In this document: positions 26,901-39,287 of the stretch, piece after piece
How positions within the stretch are numbered: the stretch's first letter is position 1
Layout of the letters: each line of letters starts with the position of its first letter
DNA from: Geosiphon pyriformis uo1
Taxonomy: Eukaryota > Fungi > Glomeromycota
Reading direction: 5' to 3'
Assembly: GCA_016748015.1 (NCBI GenBank)
Contig: JAAOMT010000664.1
Coordinates: 1,121,518 to 1,185,517, forward strand
Length of the DNA: 64,000 nt
Notes under the pieces: generated by a model
What the model was told of the DNA's origin: nothing
The model's database searches: none
What the model saw: the letters and a program-made list of their open reading frames with translations, nothing else
Made by a program: the position numbers and the translations under genes

Positions 26901-29783
26901 ACCACACGCCGTGCCTTGCATGTGGTGAAATCCTGCCAGATGAAGGACTCTGGAATAATGTGCCTGGCAGAAGAGGAACATGCAATGAGGCTTGTCAATA
27001 CATCATATTAATCAACAATTGGGTACAAAAGGGAACCCCCATCGAGAATGCTTGGAAATAAGCACTCAACAGGCTAGACAGTTATCCACACAATGACCAC
27101 GAAATCTGGAGAATGGCAAGCGCCAAGGCCAAAGGCACCATGCCTGAAAAAATATGAGAAATTAAGGACAACCCTTGGACGTCTGAATATACTGGACCCA
27201 ACTATTCTGAGGATGATTTCTTCACAGATGACCCAGATGCATTTCAGAACCAATATCAGGAATTGGCCCCAACTTGCGAGGAACAGGAGCAAAGGTTGGC
27301 TAATTTGAATACCAAACTATGCAATCACTGTTTGATCTCCTGTCACTTTCAATACTGCAATGAATGTGATCTCATGTTCAATCCGTCTCCAAGAATACTG
27401 TTTCCAATCACCAAATTACCTGAACCCGAAGAAGAGGTATTGATCACCAAGAACATGTTGTTTTAAGATCCAACTGAGGATACCAAAACAGAACAGTATC
27501 TCACATATTCTAACCTATCCAAAAAACTAGAGCTAAAATGGTACAGTGACAACAAGAAAAAAATCTGCCCCAAAAGAGCACATGACACCGATGCTGGTTT
27601 CGACCTATGATACCCCAGACAATTACCCATCATTATAGTCCCACATTTCATTGTAAAAATAGATCTTAAGATAGCATTAGAAATTCCTGTTAGTACAATG
27701 GTACAAGTTGCCTCTCAATCTAGTCTAGCCAAGAAAGGAATTGACATAAAAAGAGGAATTATCGATGCCAGTTACATGGGAAACATTATCATGATGCTAC
27801 AGAACAATTTGGACAGATCTTACAAAATAGAATTACAAGAAAAGATTGCCCAAGCTATCTTTCTACCTTAGTCAAAATACCCCAATTAACCCCAGTAACA
27901 ACCCGAGAAGAGTTAGGCCTCACTGCCCAAGAAATCAACGGATTTGGATCAAGTGGAAGAGGAAATGTATCAGTTAATTTCACGGAGGAAGACAGTGACC
28001 AGGTAGAATTTATCCACACCAACACCATCATCTCTATTCCCTCATACCGACAATATATCTTCAAGGTAAATTGAAAGATCCAAGATCAAGCCCTATTATT
28101 CGAAGCCAGTTCCGAAATCTGTTCCCTAACCAATGTTGCTAATCTATACTTACTGGTCAAAGCCCATAAACATTTCAAAATTCCCATCCACAACCTGACA
28201 GAAGAGGTCATTGAAATCCCCGAAGAGACCCTCGTTAGTTCCATATTCGCAGATAGTCAGAATCCTAAAAAACCCCAGTCCATTCCAGATTTCACACAAT
28301 TATTCTTATTCTGTGACATTACCTCACAAGTATGGAATTTGCCAAAAAAAAGTTACTTGTTCACACCAGAAGAGATCAATAAATTGAATTTAGAAAATTT
28401 AAGTACTCTGCAACAAATGCAACTCAAAGTCCTTCTGAATTAGTATGCCGATGTTTTTGCCAGTGAAAATGAGTTCGGATGCACTGACATCATGAAGCAT
28501 CAGATTAATACAGAAAACGCTTGACCAATTAAGCAACAAGCTTACTGTGTACTCCTATCTGGCGATAACCTAATTAAGCAAGAAGTGCAATGGATGCTTA
28601 ATAATGGCCTAATCAAAAAATTGTTAAGCCTTTGGTCCTCACCAGTAGTCTTGGTTACCAAGAAAAACAGAAAGTGCAATTCTGCATAAATTATCAAAAA
28701 CTAAATAGCATCACGCGAAGAGATAGTTATTCTACTCTCCTCATCCAAGAAATTCTGGACAATCTAGGGAAAAAAAAATGGTTCTCGTTATTAGATTTAG
28801 CAAGTAGTTACTGGCAAGTTGAAATAGACCCCAAAGACAAAGGAAAAACAGTGTTTACCACTCAAGATGGAAACTTTGAGTTTAACGTAATGTCTTTTGA
28901 ACTTTGTAATGCTTCTGCCACATTTCAATGTCTGATGGATATAGTATACAAAGAAATTTTTTGAAAATCAGTAGTAGTCTACCTAGACGACACAAATATG
29001 TTCTCCGAAACATTCGAAGACCATCTGCTCCACCTGCAACAAGTCTTCAAATGCCTTCATAGTGCTGAATTGAAACTCAATCTCGAGAAATGCTTCTTTA
29101 GAAAAACCGAGTTAAAATTCTTAGGACATGTAATCGGCAAAGACAGAGTTAAACCTGATTCAGATAAAGTACAAAAAGTCAAGGATTTTCTAGCCCCAAT
29201 CAACTTCAGAGAATTACGAGGATTTCTAGAATTAGCAGAATATTATCGTCAATTTGTCAAAGGTTTCTCAAACATCACAAAACCACTTCATCAATTGTTG
29301 TCCAAATATGTACCATACTTGTGGAAAAAAGATCAACAGAAAGCATTTGACTATCTCAAGCAGCAATTGATCACATCCCCAATTCTGATTTACCCAGATT
29401 TCACTAAACGGTTCATTGTCACTACAAACACCTCGAAAAATGCTCTAGGAGCAGTCTTATCACAGATAAAACCAGACAATAGAGAACACCCAGTTGCCTA
29501 TGCTAGTCGCAGCACTAGCCCAGCAGAAAAGAATTACAGCACAACAGATCTGGAATGTCTTGCCATTTATTGGGCCATACAGACTTGAAAACATTACCTC
29601 AGTTAACCATTTGACCTATATACCAACCACAAAGGACTTATTTGGTTACTTAACAATCCACAACTAGAAGGAAAATATGCGAGATGGAGTACTTATCTGC
29701 AACAATTCCCACTCAAAGTTCATTACAAGGAAGAATCCAAGAACACCAATGCTGACAGTTTGTCGAGGATGCTACAAACCTAA
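23990..29783 (+). pseudogene. Gypsy B gag-pol pseudogene (capsid, CCHC, protease, Cys-rich domain, dUTPase, RT, RNase H)
   Basis: CYYCQKPRHIAHDC knuckle, LILDS protease, dUTPase motifs, YLDD near 28980, YASRS RNase H; ends ADSLSRMLQT*. Confidence 0.9.
27570..27960 (+). pseudogene. dUTPase domain in Gypsy B pol
   Basis: AHDTDAGFDL, SSLAKKGI, GIIDASYMG, EKIAQAIFL, GFGSSG. Confidence 0.92.
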
Positions 29784-29793
29784 TCCCAGACCC

Positions 29794-31161
29794 ATGGACA
29801 CACTCACTTATCAATGACTACATCAGTACCTATCAACACTATATTTCAAGGAGATATTATCTCAACAGGAACAGAGTACCATATAAAAACAAGCCCAAAA
29901 TTATTTTATTCAAGACAACCAACTATATCAACAAGAATGCCAAAACCACCCCAACCCACAACAACTAATCACAAACAGTGAAAGAGAAACTATACTATAT
30001 AGTGTGCACTCAGATCCGACTGCAGAACACTTTAACAAAGATGCTATCCTCGAAAGAACACTAAACTTATACTATTGGCCAACAATGCACAAAGACATTT
30101 TCGAATACATGCTCAATTGTGACGCATGCCAGTGAAAAGGAGGAGCAAGATCAACAGAACCACTTCGACCCATTCCAGTTGGAAATTTATTTGATAGAAT
30201 CAGAATCAATTTGGTTGGACCTCTTTCAATTACATCCCAAGGAAATCGCTATATTGCTGTAGCCGTAGACTATCTTACAAAATGGCCAGAAGCCAGAGTA
30301 ATCCAAGTGGTTGATGCCAAAACAGTTGCCAAATTTGTGCATCAAGACCTAATTTGCCAACATGGATGTCTGAAAGAATTATTATCTGATCAGAGAACAC
30401 ACTTCATTAATAATATGCTAACTGAACTAAGCCAATGGTTTGGAATAAAGAGACCCTTATTATTACCATACCACCCACAAACAAACGGACTGGTAGAATG
30501 GTTTAACAGAACACTGTGCAAAGCACTAGCAAAAATAAGTCATGAAAACAGACAAGAATGAGACTTATTCATACCTTCTGTACTCTTTGCATACTGAACA
30601 TTGAAACAAAATATGACTCAGTTCACACCGTTCAAACTAGTCTATAGAAGAAAAGCTACATTACCAATTGAACGAGTGATACCATCATACCCAACAGAAA
30701 CAATCAATGAAGAAAATTTTGAGGCTACCTTACACCAAAGAACGTACCAGCTAATAGAAATGTTGGAAAACAATCGAAGAACAGCAGCTGACAATATTAA
30801 TCACGCTCAAAAACAACAAAAAGAAAGACATAATAAACACCTGCCAGAACAACCAATGGAATTCAAGATTGGAGACCAAGTACTGTTACATTGTACAAAA
30901 GCTGAAAAACAGTGAAGTGGAAAGTTCAACCCAAAGTGGGACAGTTCATTCCACATACACGAAGCATTAGGAAATGGAGCTTACAAATTATGATTGGAAG
31001 ACAGAATTTTAAAGAAAGTAGCGCATAGAAATTGGTTAAAAATTTATCATGTAAAACAAAAATCATTGTCATCAGTATCTCAACTAGGAACACAAATTTC
31101 ATTAATCAGACCAGAAGATATACCATGAGATCTGGAACCAATCATTATCATCGAAATGTAG
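29794..31161 (+). pseudogene. Gypsy B integrase (own ATG)
   Basis: HHCC region, VDYLTKW...LSDQ...YHPQTNGLVE DDE core, FKIGDQVLL/GPY-F C-terminus; no chromodomain seen. Confidence 0.9.
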
Positions 31162-31241
31162 ACAATAGACAGCAAATTAAATTGGAGAATTCAAATATAT
31201 ATAGCATCTGAAAAGCAGCAAAAAACGATAAAAATTTCAAC

Positions 31242-31989
31242 ATGGACCTTTCAGATCAAATTTTAAAATTATCTAAACAATTATTTGAAACAATTCAAAA
31301 ATCGACATCTCAAATAGAAATAACAGTTGATAAAAAAGAGATATGGTACAAAGATAAGAGCAGGAGAGGGGAGAACAAGAGTTCAATTAGAACTAAACGT
31401 TTTCTCCCCTACCCACCACCCAAAAGACAATGTGGGAGGAAAAATTGCCTTCAGGTGGGGGGTGGAAAAGAAGGAGGCAAAGAACGAGAAAAAGGTTACA
31501 AAAGAAGATACTTGGTCTCCAAGCTCGAAGAAATAAAAAAGCTTTAGCTCGTGGGACCAAACTCCCCGAAACAGGGGAGTGGACACTTGACAACACCCAG
31601 AAATAGAAAAAAAGACTTTCTCTAGCTTATTGGTTCTACAAAATTGGAGAACAGCTTGACTTGAAAACATCATATAAAGACCTCAGCCAGAAAATGTTCA
31701 ACAAAAAAGCAATACAACAAGTAGAAAAATTCGTAGGGAAAAACAACCTGACCCTACATTACAAAGCAGCATACTGACTATACGCCGCCTTCCAACATTG
31801 CCCAAACGTACTACTAAACGGATCTATGAAAACCATAACTGTTAACAGCATAGGACGAATAACCAATCAACAGTTTGAAGACCTACAAAAGGCAATACTC
31901 AAGGCAACAATCAAACATTACACAAATAAAGCCATGATAACAGATACATATGGTTTTGCAGGAGCTCAATTTTAAAAAGAGAGGAATAA
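31242..31989 (+). pseudogene. Gypsy B ORF3 (unknown function)
   Basis: MDLSDQILKLSKQLF start; C-terminal YKAAY*LYAAF...ITVNSIGRITNQQFEDL is homologous to A ORF3. Confidence 0.7.
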
Positions 31990-32164
31990 TGTTACCCAAG
32001 TAGAAAAGCCGATCCAAAGTTATAAAGAAACGTAACCAAAACATGACATAACACAGAATAATGTGCAATAATATTAGATAATGCATTATAACATTGGATA
32101 ACATGTTATAATGCAGGATAACACAGAATAACATGCAATAATGTAGGATAATGTGTTATAACGC
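31990..32164 (+). repeat. 3' LTR of Gypsy B, 5' part
   Basis: Matches 22896 to ~23070; ends at TSD acgc of element D. Confidence 0.92.
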
Positions 32165-33869
32165 TGTTACAGTTTAAGAATTTAGCAAAAAGAATCATAA
32201 AAATAATACAAACTATTCAATCATAATATAGCACAGTAATAATCTTAGAAAGGTAATGATTAACATAGTAGCAAACACCATCTCGCAATAGTGGCAAGCA
32301 CCAGTTCACAATAGCAGCCAACACCAACTGGTAATAGCAGCAAGCACCAGGTTGAAATATCAAAAAGAAAGTATTTTCTCGTAGAACTACAAACATGTAT
32401 ATATACAGTAGTTTTAATATTGGGAAAGGATCAATCAAGTAATAAAAATCATAACTTATCAAGCAATAGATCCAATTTTATCCAACAAACNNNNNNNNNN
32501 NNNNNNNNNNNNNNNNNNNNNNNNNNNNNNNNNNNNNNNNNNNNNNNNNNNNNNNNNNNNNNNNNNNNNNNNNNNNNNNNNNNNNNNNNNNNNNNNNNNN
32601 NNNNNNNNNNNNNNNNNNNNNNNNNNNNNNNNNNNNNNNATCAATAAAGAAACAACATATTTATTCACCAGAAGATAAATCATACCATTTTTCACCAGAA
32701 AATAAGATACAAATTCCATTAGGAGCTGCATCATCATCAACATCAACTCCACAAACGCCAAGAACTTCTAGTTATATTGATAAAATTAAACAACGTAACT
32801 GGGGAGACATACCAATTACAGGAGGATATTCATCACTATTCCAAAATCCTCTTTTTCAGCCAAAATTTAGAACAGGGTTTGAAAACCGTGAAGAGGAGTC
32901 TGAATCAGAATCCGAAAAAGAGACCAGTGAAAAAACAATCACAAGACCAGTCACTGGAACAAGCAGCCAGTCCAGAAACCAAGAAACTCATGATCAAGAA
33001 GAAGAACCAGATATAAGGGAAGCCACCTTTAGGAACGCTCAAGGAAATATCATCCCACCTCCTCTTAGACCAATAAACCCACCAGCAGAAAACGGCAACA
33101 AAATGACCACACCATACATTGCAAGACTAACAGATTTCTCAGGAGAGGAAGAAGAAACAGACGTGCATACATGGCTCAGAGAAGCACAAAAAGCCATCCA
33201 GGCAAATAACTGGAACGACCAAAGAGCAATTCAAACATTATCTTTCTTCCTGAAAGGCACAGCCAACTCGTGATATCAAAGCCTAGAAACAAAACCCACG
33301 AGCTTCGCCGAATTTAAAAATGCACTCCTGGAGTATTTTAGCGACCCAAACGCCGTAATCCAATTACAGAACGAATTCAATACTATCAAGCAAAATACCG
33401 GTGAAACTATTACCCAATACCTTGCTCGATTCAATCGAATTCGCCGTCAGATTGAAGCGATTGAACAAGGATACTACACTGATCCTCAGGTTTTAAATCA
33501 GTTTATTAGAGGATTAAAAAGCAGCATTTTAGGAAGAGTATGCCCTGCCCACCCTAATTCCTTACCAGAAGCCGTTACGCTCGCCAGAGCCCTTGAATTG
33601 GCTGAGAAAGAAGCTAACCATAGTCAAATGGTTAACATGGTAATGGAGGAAAATAAGACAGAAANNNNNNNNNNNNNNNNNNNNGTGACATTATCACACA
33701 AATAGAATTAAGGAACTCACAAAAGACTGATTGCAATTAAAGTGGGATATCAGCAATTAAATATAACAAGAAAACCATCCCGTAATATTTGGTGAACTCT
33801 ACGAGGAAAGAAAATCAAAAAGGAAATAATAATTAGCAATAATTCATTGCTAAAAAGGAAAAGACAAAA

Positions 33870-36800
33870 GTGGCAACAAAAACCCCTAATCTTACTGTTC
33901 TTGAATTCTGCTGTGCTATTTACACACAAAATCAAAGTGATCTTGGATTACCAGAAGGGTGTTGTCCAGCAGAATCTGCCCTCACTTATTATATCAACGC
34001 CAGAATAAATTATCATATAGGAAAGGAAGAAGAACCACACGACGCAAAACTTGGATTATATAGAGAATTATCACAATACACTACAAAAGAAGTAGCAGTA
34101 ATAGCCGCAACTATTGTCAAAATCCATCGAGAAATTGAGCAATACGCCAACAAAAATTTTCCAATATCCACAGGAAACACTAGGGAACGCACCAACAAAA
34201 CCAAAGAAAATTTAGAAACTAATCAGGAAAGTAACCAGCAAAAACTAGAAACACCAGCTCAAATACCAAAAAAAACTGTCACTCAATCAATAAAGAAACA
34301 ACATATTTATTCACCAGAAGATAAATCATACCATTTTTCACCAGAAAATAAGATACAAATTCCATTANNNNNNNNNNNNNNNNNNNNGATTCAATCGAAT
34401 TCGCCGTCAGATTGAAGCGATTGAACAAGGATACTACACTGATCCTCAGGTTTTAAATCAGTTTATTAGAGGATTAAAAAGCAGCATTTTAGGAAGAGTA
34501 TGCCCTGCCCACCCTAATTCCTTACCAGAAGCCGTTACGCTCGCCAGAGCCCTTGAATTGGCTGAGAAAGAAGCTAACCATAGTCAAATGGTTAACATGG
34601 TAATGGAGGAAAATAAGACAGAAACATTAGAGAAAAGAGTAATGCGATTAGGGGAGGAACTCTCTAAGAAAATAGAAAGTTATCTCATCCCGGATCCGAG
34701 AAAAAATACATACCAACCACTCCAAAAACGCAGCCAGGAAGTCAGCGACAGTCGAAATAATCGCTCGTCACGCCAGGAATTCAGAACAGAAACACACGCC
34801 TGCCATTTTTGCAAATGCGTAGAACATTTGATTAGTCAATGTCGAACGCGAATGATGCAAGAAGCACGTGAAAATAATTACTACGCGCCACCCCAAATGC
34901 CCAGAAACCAGTACATGCCAATACCACGCCAATATCCCACCACATATCAAAATCAAGGAGCTTACCAGCAACAGCCCATGATAGCCAACCCGAATTGGCG
35001 TCCCGAGGCCCGAAATCAGCCCATGTGGAACCAGAACGCGTTGGTCCAGAGGAATCCAAACCGCGCCAGAACCAATCAGCAAACCAATTCAAACTACCAA
35101 AATTATCAACAAACTTACCTTAATATACCAGAAAACCTGATCATCGGAAACAATGACGGTAGAAACATAAACAGAACCAAGAATTTCTCCAAATTGAGCC
35201 AGACAATACCACCAGCAGTTGCCACCGAAGATAGCAGCCTCGCAGCTATTTTTCCTTTTGAATTAGAGGAAAACGAGGCTATGTTCAGTGGAGCAGCATT
35301 GGACGAAAAACGCCCAATCACTGCTATGTATACAGAAGCCACTGTAAACAATACCCTAATCAAACTTATCTTAGACAGCGGATCCGCTGGAAGCATCGTA
35401 ACGCTTCAATTAGTAAACCAACTGGGTTTCAAAGTTGATCGTGCTGCGACGTCCCAAATCATAACAGCCGATGGAAGTACAAAGCTGCCTTATGGCAAAA
35501 TCGACTCATTTCCTTTCGAAATTAATGGCATAGTAATACCTACAAAAGTATTAGTAATGGACGCTACACAATATCAAGTGTTAGTAGGGAATGACTGGCT
35601 AACAAAAGCCAACGCCACCCTAGACTGGACCACCCAAGAGCTTCTGATCAATTATAATGGCCACCAGGCCAAAATTCCAGCCACCTGTGGCCACTTCCAA
35701 AAACCCAGTGCCAACCAAAGACCTATCTTCGAATTTGAGGAAAATCCAGCACTACCAGCCATCAAAACCTATCAGCTCTCTTGGGCTGATGACCAAAGAA
35801 CAGGACTACCAGCCGTACCAACGTGGACTAGTGAAGAAAGATCCGAATGGAACCAGGTAAGTTCATGAAGAAACCACCAGCGACGCAGACCAAAGCTAGA
35901 ATGCTCGGTTTGTAAGAAGAAACTCTTGTCTATGACTGTGTGCAGCGCACCAGACGAAGACCCAAGAAACCCCACCCACTACTATTGTAACTGTTGTAAC
36001 AAAGAAAAATACGGTTACCCAAAAAGACACGGAAAATGGGACGAGAAACCGTGCCTCGCTTGTGGAGAACCGTTACCAAGAGGGTGCGACTGGAACGACT
36101 TACCAGGCAGAGAAGAAACGTGTGACGCAACTTGCCAATACACGATCCTCATCTGTGACTGGGTAAGAGGAGGAATGCCATTCGAAGCAGCGTTCAACAG
36201 AGCGTTAAAAAGACTACAGCACTACCCACACGACGAGAACGAGTTGTACAACACCGCACAAGCCAAAGTAAGAGGAGGAACCGCCGAAGAAATACGACGT
36301 TGGAAAGAGTCAGCCGAAGTAGCCGACAAAGTCGCTAGCTACAACATGTTCGACCCAGTGGACGAATTCCAGGACTACTACCAACAACTATGCCCTATTC
36401 GACAAGAGCAAGAACAATACCTCGCCCAAATCAACACTTACCTCTGCGAAAACTGTCTCATCCCGTGCCAAAGTCAGTGCTGTGAAGAGTGTCAAGACGA
36501 AAGGGACTTAGAAAGAAAAATGGAAATTGAGAATCAGCAGTCTCAAAATCAATCAATAAATCAATAAGACTCACCTGACGGTCCCGAGTCAGAAAAATTT
36601 GTAGTCTATACTAACCTAGAACAGGTGACCAACATCCGATACTTCGACAACGGGCACTTAGGAATAATACCCGAAAGAGCCCATCTAACCAACGCCGAAT
36701 TCAATCTACATTATCCGGAAGACCAATCCACAACGTTACCACCCAGGAGCATCACCAAAATCGACCTAAAATTAGCGGTTGAAATTCCGCCAGGAATAAT

Positions 36801-38890
36801 GGTTCAAATGGCGTCACAATCAAGCCTCGCGAAAAAAGGAATAAGCGTTCAAGGAGAAGTAATTGACTCCGGATACACTGGAAATTTGATGGTTTTGCTA
36901 CAGAACAATTCAGAAAAGCCTTATACCATTGAATCTAAGGAAAAGATTGCACAAGCAATTTTCCTACCATTGGTAAAAATTGGGAAATTCGTGCCAGTGG
37001 AAAATCGTGAGGAATTGTCACAAACAACGAGAGGAACTTTTGGTTTTGGATCGACAGGAAAAGGAATTGAAGTGAATTTCACTGAAACAATAGAGAAAAA
37101 AGGTGAAGTAATTAAAAATGAGCGGTCCATCACGCTCCTACCATATGGAAAATCAGAAATAAGAATAAAAAGGACAATTAAAGAAAAAGACCTAATATTT
37201 GAGCCCTACCCAGAAACTTGCCAACAGTTTCTCATAGGACTTACTAACTTTTTTATTCCAGCTGATAAAGCTCAATGGATAAAAATTCCTATTGCAAACA
37301 CCACAGAAGAACCCGTCTACATTCCGGAAGATACCATCATTGGATACCTCGGAACGAAGCTAAAAAACGCGTCAACACCACAAGAAATTCTAAATTTCCC
37401 AGAAATCGCCCTCTACTGTGAACTCAATTCAATAAATTGGCAATAACCAGTAGAATGCTATCAATTTACGCCAGAAGAATTGGCCAAATTAAACATTGGA
37501 ACAATGGATCCCGACCAACAGCGACAATTAAAAGCATTAATTTTAAAATACTCTGATATATTTTCAAGAAATGGCGAATTTGGAAGAACCAACTTGGTTT
37601 AACACCAAATCCCCACTGGAGACACCAGACCTGAAAAACAACGCGCTTACTATGTTCCACCAATGGAGCATAATTTTATCAGAGAAGAAGTTCAAAGCAT
37701 GTTGAAAAAAGGAATAATACAACCATCAATGAGCCCATGGTCCTCACCAGTTGTTTTAGTAAGGAAAAAAAACGGAAAAATTAGATTTTGCGTCGACTAT
37801 CACAAACTAAACAGCAAAACAACCAAAGACTCATACCCAATACCATTAATTGACAAAATCTTCGACGTTTTTGGAGGAACAAAATGGTTTTCTACACTGG
37901 ACTTGACCAGTGAGTACTGGCAAGTGGAAATGGACCCAAAAAACAGACATAAAACAGCATCCACAACACAAAATGGCAATTATGAGTTCAATGTAATGCC
38001 ATTTGGATTAACAAATGCTCCCGCGACATTCCAAAGACTAATGGACGTAATTTACTCCGGAATCTTGTGGCAATCCATTGTTGTCTACTTGGATGATACA
38101 AATGTTTTCTCGTCAAAATTCACAGATCATCTCCAACATTTACAACAAGTTTTTGAGAGATTGAGACATGCTGGACTTAAACTAAATCTAGAAAAATGTT
38201 TCTTTGGGAAAAATGAGCTAGTATTTTTAGGACACGTAGTTGGAAAAGATGGAATAAAACCAGATCCATCAAAAATAGACAGTGAAAAATTTTCCAGTAC
38301 CTCGAAACGTTTCAGAAGTTAGAAGCTTTTTAGGACTCGCATCTTACTACCGCCGCTTTGTAGAAAACTTTTCAAACATCGCCAAACCCCTTAATTACCT
38401 ACTATCTAAAAATGTGAAGTTTGAATGGACTGAAGCACAACAAAAAGCTTTTGAGTACCTTAGACAAAAGCTCATTGAATCACCAATAATGATCTATCCG
38501 AATTTCAACAAGAAATTCATTTTGGCCACAGATGCCTCTGAAACTGGACTTGGAGCCATTCTGTCACAAAAAGATGATAATGGAAGAGAACGTGTAATCG
38601 CTTATGCCAGCAGAAGTCTCAGTACAGCAGAACAAAACTATGCAGCACATGAACTTGAATGCTTAGCAGTAGTCTGGAGTTGTGTTCACTTTGACACATA
38701 TTTACGGTACCAACCCTTTGAGATTACGACAGATCATAGAGGTCTGGTCTGGTTAAATAACAAGAAAGCACTAAAAGGAAAATACGCCAGATGGTCACAA
38801 ACGTTAGCACCATACAATTATATTATCAAATACAAAGAAGGTACCAAAAATGCTAATGCCGACTGTTTGTCAAGAATGAGACACACATAA
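33870..38890 (+). pseudogene. Gypsy D gag-pol, a single reading frame with few lesions (Gag, protease, Cys-rich domain, dUTPase, RT, RNase H)
   Basis: ORFs 34558, 35926, 36625 and 37663 share one frame; LILDSGSAGS, GEVIDSGYTG/RGTFGFGSTG, YLDD, LATDAS...NANADCLSR; one frameshift near 38282. Confidence 0.93.
36665..37065 (+). pseudogene. dUTPase domain in Gypsy D pol
   Basis: IDLKLAVEIPPG, SSLAKKGI, VIDSGYTGNL, EKIAQAIFLP, RGTFGFGSTG. Confidence 0.93.
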
Positions 38891-38919
38891 AAATCACCAA
38901 CCCACCCACCACAACAACA

Positions 38920-39240
38920 ATGAACAACCACCTTTACAAAAACCTCAGCCAATACTTGGAAACACTACAAATAGACGAAGAAATACCAGTAAAAGAGCTA
39001 ATTAAGCTCCAAAAATTAGCAAAACACTATTTCATCTAAAATCACATACTTTATTACTGGAATTGACAAAATTCAGATAATCCATTAAGAGTTATAACCA
39101 CGGATGAAAAAGAAACTATCTTATTTAACATGTACTCAGATATTCATTCAGGCCACTTTGGAAAAACAGCAACCATCCAACATGCAACTAGCCATTACTA
39201 TTGGCCAAAAATGAGCTCAGACATAATCCAATACATAAGA
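38920..39240 (+). pseudogene. Truncated integrase N-terminus of Gypsy D
   Basis: MNNHLYKNLSQYL...HSGHFG...HYYWPKM, then an abrupt junction to the PPT-proximal sequence. Confidence 0.85.
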
Positions 39241-39287
39241 AATTAACTTCGATTTCGATGGAGCTCAATCTTGAAAAGAGGGGATAA

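Noticed and set aside
31242-31989. ORF3 as an envelope gene
   Set aside because: No signal peptide or transmembrane helix is visible, and it is too short.
33428-34624. Exact duplications (33428-33664 vs 34388-34624; 32640-32720 vs 34285-34367) as biological tandem repeats
   Set aside because: They are identical and abut N gaps, which fits a scaffolding artefact.
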